A DNA stretch of 64,000 nt. Origin: an uncultured Actinomycetes bacterium. GTDB taxonomy: Bacteria; Actinomycetota; Thermoleophilia; UBA2241. Position numbers and translations under genes: made by a program. Where the stretch lies: contig CAVYCN010000002.1 of NCBI GenBank assembly GCA_963767005.1, positions 512,001-576,000 of the forward strand. The letters are read 5' to 3'. Numbering within the stretch: position 1 is the first letter of the stretch; each line of letters starts with the position of its first letter. The notes beneath the pieces were generated by a model that saw only the letters and a program-made list of their open reading frames with translations, searched no databases and had not been told where the DNA came from. Shown one piece after another: positions 60,339 through 64,000 of the stretch.

Positions 60339-60590
60339 GCCGTCGTCTCCCCCGTCGTCGCCCGCGCGCGGCGGCCGCACGCGTGCCGCGGCCCGCTCAC
60401 GGGCCGCCGGACCCATCGTCGTTGCCCCGTCGTCGTCGCCGCCCGCACACGGGCCCGCGGAAACCGCCGTGGTTGCGGCCCGCGCCCGAGCCTACGGAGC
60501 ATCTATCGGCCTCGTGCGCCCTGGACATGAAGCGGCACGGCCGCGGGCCCGCGGGCCGTGACCGTCCGGCGCCGGACCGAGCGCCGCCGG

Positions 60591-61523
60591 TTACACGGTC
60601 GCCAGGACCGCCGCCAGGTTGCGCGCGAGCGCGACGCCCAGGAAGTCGTCGTCGTAGGAGAGCAAGCCGAGCTCGTCGAGCTTGCCGCACAGGCCGCTCT
60701 CGCGGGCCAGCACGTCGCGGTCGAGACCGGCGAGCAGCAGCGCCGTCTCGCGCTCGTCGAACACGGCCGTCTCGGCGAGCTTGTCGCGCCCGGCGAGGTT
60801 CTCCGGGCAGCAGCGCTGGCAGCGCAGGCAGCCCCAGAGGCAGTGGTGCCAGGACGGGTCGATCCAGGCGGGGAACGGCCGGTCGCTCTCGTTGTGCAGG
60901 GTCAGGCAACGGTCGCCGTGCAGCAGAAAGCGGTCGGCGCCGATGGCGCCGGTGGGACAGGCGCGGCGGCACGCGTCGCAGGTCTCGCAGCGCTCGAGCA
61001 GGCGCGGCCCCGTCCAGAGGTCGTCGCCGGCAGGGAGGTCGGTCGCGCACACGGCGAGCTCGCAGAAGCTGCCGCACCCCTCGGCGTAGAGGATGTTGTT
61101 GCGGCCGTACCGCCCCAGGCCGGCGCACGCCGCGACCAGCTTCTCGGGCAGCGCGACGAGCGCCGCCCGGCGGCCCGACGGAGCGAGGGCCGCCGACACG
61201 GCGCTCAGGACCTCGGCCTGGGTCTCGGTGTGATGGCAGTAGGTGGTGGGGATCGGCACGTCGTGCTCGCGACCGTCCCGGGTCACGGTCACCCGCGCGC
61301 AGGCATGCGGCACGACGGTCGCGACGAGCGACCGCGTCCCCTGCAGGCCGGCATCGAGGTCGACGTTGCGCGCGAGGACCTCGCGCACCCCCGGGTCGAG
61401 CTCGGCGCGACCGGCGTCGATCTCGGCGCGCAGGTCGTCGAGACGCTCCACCGGCACCACCGCCACTCGCCAGCCGCGCCCGGTCAGCGTGGCGCTCAGA
61501 CGGTCACTCGTCAGGTCGCTCAA
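60591..61523 (-). CDS. QueG/reductive-dehalogenase-like 2x[4Fe-4S] protein
   Basis: AGLGRYGRNN, CETCDACRRACPTGAI, RCLT, WGCLRCQRCCPEN. Confidence 0.8.
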   Translation of the reverse strand: MSDLTSDRLSATLTGRGWRVAVVPVERLDDLRAEIDAGRAELDPGVREVLARNVDLDAGLQGTRSLVATVVPHACARVTVTRDGREHDVPIPTTYCHHTETQAEVLSAVSAALAPSGRRAALVALPEKLVAACAGLGRYGRNNILYAEGCGSFCELAVCATDLPAGDDLWTGPRLLERCETCDACRRACPTGAIGADRFLLHGDRCLTLHNESDRPFPAWIDPSWHHCLWGCLRCQRCCPENLAGRDKLAETAVFDERETALLLAGLDRDVLARESGLCGKLDELGLLSYDDDFLGVALARNLAAVLATV

Positions 61524-61680
61524 AGCCTGCCTCCCTCGCGGCTCACGGGCAGGCCAAGGGTAGCCCGGATCGCGGCCGCAAGTACAGCCGGCCGGTCAAC
61601 CCGCGGCGCCTTGTGGCCGATACCCTCGCCAGGACCGGCGGGCGGCGCCCGCCGGTCGAGACGACGACAAGGAGCGCGGC

Positions 61681-62163
61681 ATGCGCAAGACCTGTCTGCT
61701 GATCGCCGCCTGCCTGCTCTGCGCGGCGGCCGCCATGCTCGCCGGCTGCAGCCTGACGAGCGTGTCGAGCGGCCAGGGCAGCAAGAACGTCGACGTCACC
61801 ATGGGCGGCCACGTGACGACCGACGGCACCCTCGACTTCAAGGCCGTCGGCTACAGCGGCAACGGGCTCCAGATCGAGAACTCGGCGACGCAGGCCAAGC
61901 TTACGATCCAGCCCGGCACGCCGATCTATGCCGGCGACGGCAGCGTGGCGGCGCGCGTCGTCGGCACGGCCGCCCTGACGCTCGCCCCCGGCCAGACCGG
62001 CACGCTCGTCCTGAGCGCCGAGCTGGCTCCGGGCGAGGAGTACTACCTGGGCGCCACCGACGGCGGCACGCCCTCGATCCGCCAGCTCTTCCTGTGCCCC
62101 GGCGATGCGGCCGGCACGGGCTCCGCCGACTCCACCGGCAGCGCCCTCGACAACCTGCCGTGA
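61681..62163 (+). CDS. Lipoprotein of unknown function
   Basis: Signal peptide with lipobox LAGC; beta-rich mature part; SD AAGGAG. Confidence 0.75.
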   Translation: MRKTCLLIAACLLCAAAAMLAGCSLTSVSSGQGSKNVDVTMGGHVTTDGTLDFKAVGYSGNGLQIENSATQAKLTIQPGTPIYAGDGSVAARVVGTAALTLAPGQTGTLVLSAELAPGEEYYLGATDGGTPSIRQLFLCPGDAAGTGSADSTGSALDNLP

Positions 62164-62167
62164 GCGT

Positions 62168-62204
62168 GCCGCGCGGCGGCGGCGGGACGCCGCCGCCGCG
62201 CGGC
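62168..62204 (+). terminator. GC stem-loop after the lipoprotein gene
   Basis: GCCGCGCGGCGGCGGCG-GGA-CGCCGCCGCCGCGCGGC perfect 17-bp inverted repeat; no U-tract. Confidence 0.5.
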
Positions 62205-62302
62205 GCCGGCCCACCCGCCACGCCCCCGACTGCACGTGCGGCGTGCGGCCCGCGGCCGCTCGACGCCGACCGCCGCGGGCCGGTCCCGTATACTGGTCGC
62301 CC

Positions 62303-64000
<1,698 letters not shown>

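Noticed and set aside
60340-60590. Structured element or small ORF in a GC-rich intergenic region
   Set aside because: Only short GCGGCCC/GGGCCGC palindromes expected at this GC content; no clear promoter or coding signal.

Overview
Very GC-rich bacterial chromosome segment made up mostly of core housekeeping genes. Most likely a deep-branching Actinomycetota such as Thermoleophilia; this is inferred from an actinobacterial-type rpsA-coaE block combined with Firmicutes-like synteny, gpmI and a 6S RNA. Positions 1-44000 are almost all on the minus strand: polA, rpsA-coaE-slt, uvrB-uvrA-uvrC-ogt-rapZ-yvcK-whiA, gap-pgk-tpiA-gpmI-secG, an Opp/Dpp transporter, PrsA-like PPIase, recJ-rel-MBL-hisS-aspS, 6S RNA, Rrf2-iscS-iscU-mnmA, and ytxG/ytxH-like-rsbW-sigB-like genes. 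Positions 44000-64000 are mixed-strand: a PAS-only protein, tRNA-Leu(GAG), DUF72, M20 peptidase, ADP-ribosylglycohydrolase, ferritin-like protein, MFS, BldC-like HTH-GAF protein, DinG, a 58-bp tandem hairpin repeat, an ABC-2 exporter, a QueG-like Fe-S protein and an ABC-F. I saw no integrase, transposase, prophage, CRISPR array or recognisable defence system. The best novelty candidates are (1) an apparent -1 slippery site (A_AAA_AAA) that would join the IscU scaffold to an otherwise start-less Fe-S-type MnmA, (2) an unannotated, promoter-driven, structured ~190-nt RNA candidate upstream of tRNA-Leu, and (3) a compact Firmicutes-type 6S RNA. Two other frameshifts (inside mnmA and recJ) look like assembly indels, which is the main caveat for (1). 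All calls come from reading motifs by eye; no database searches were run.
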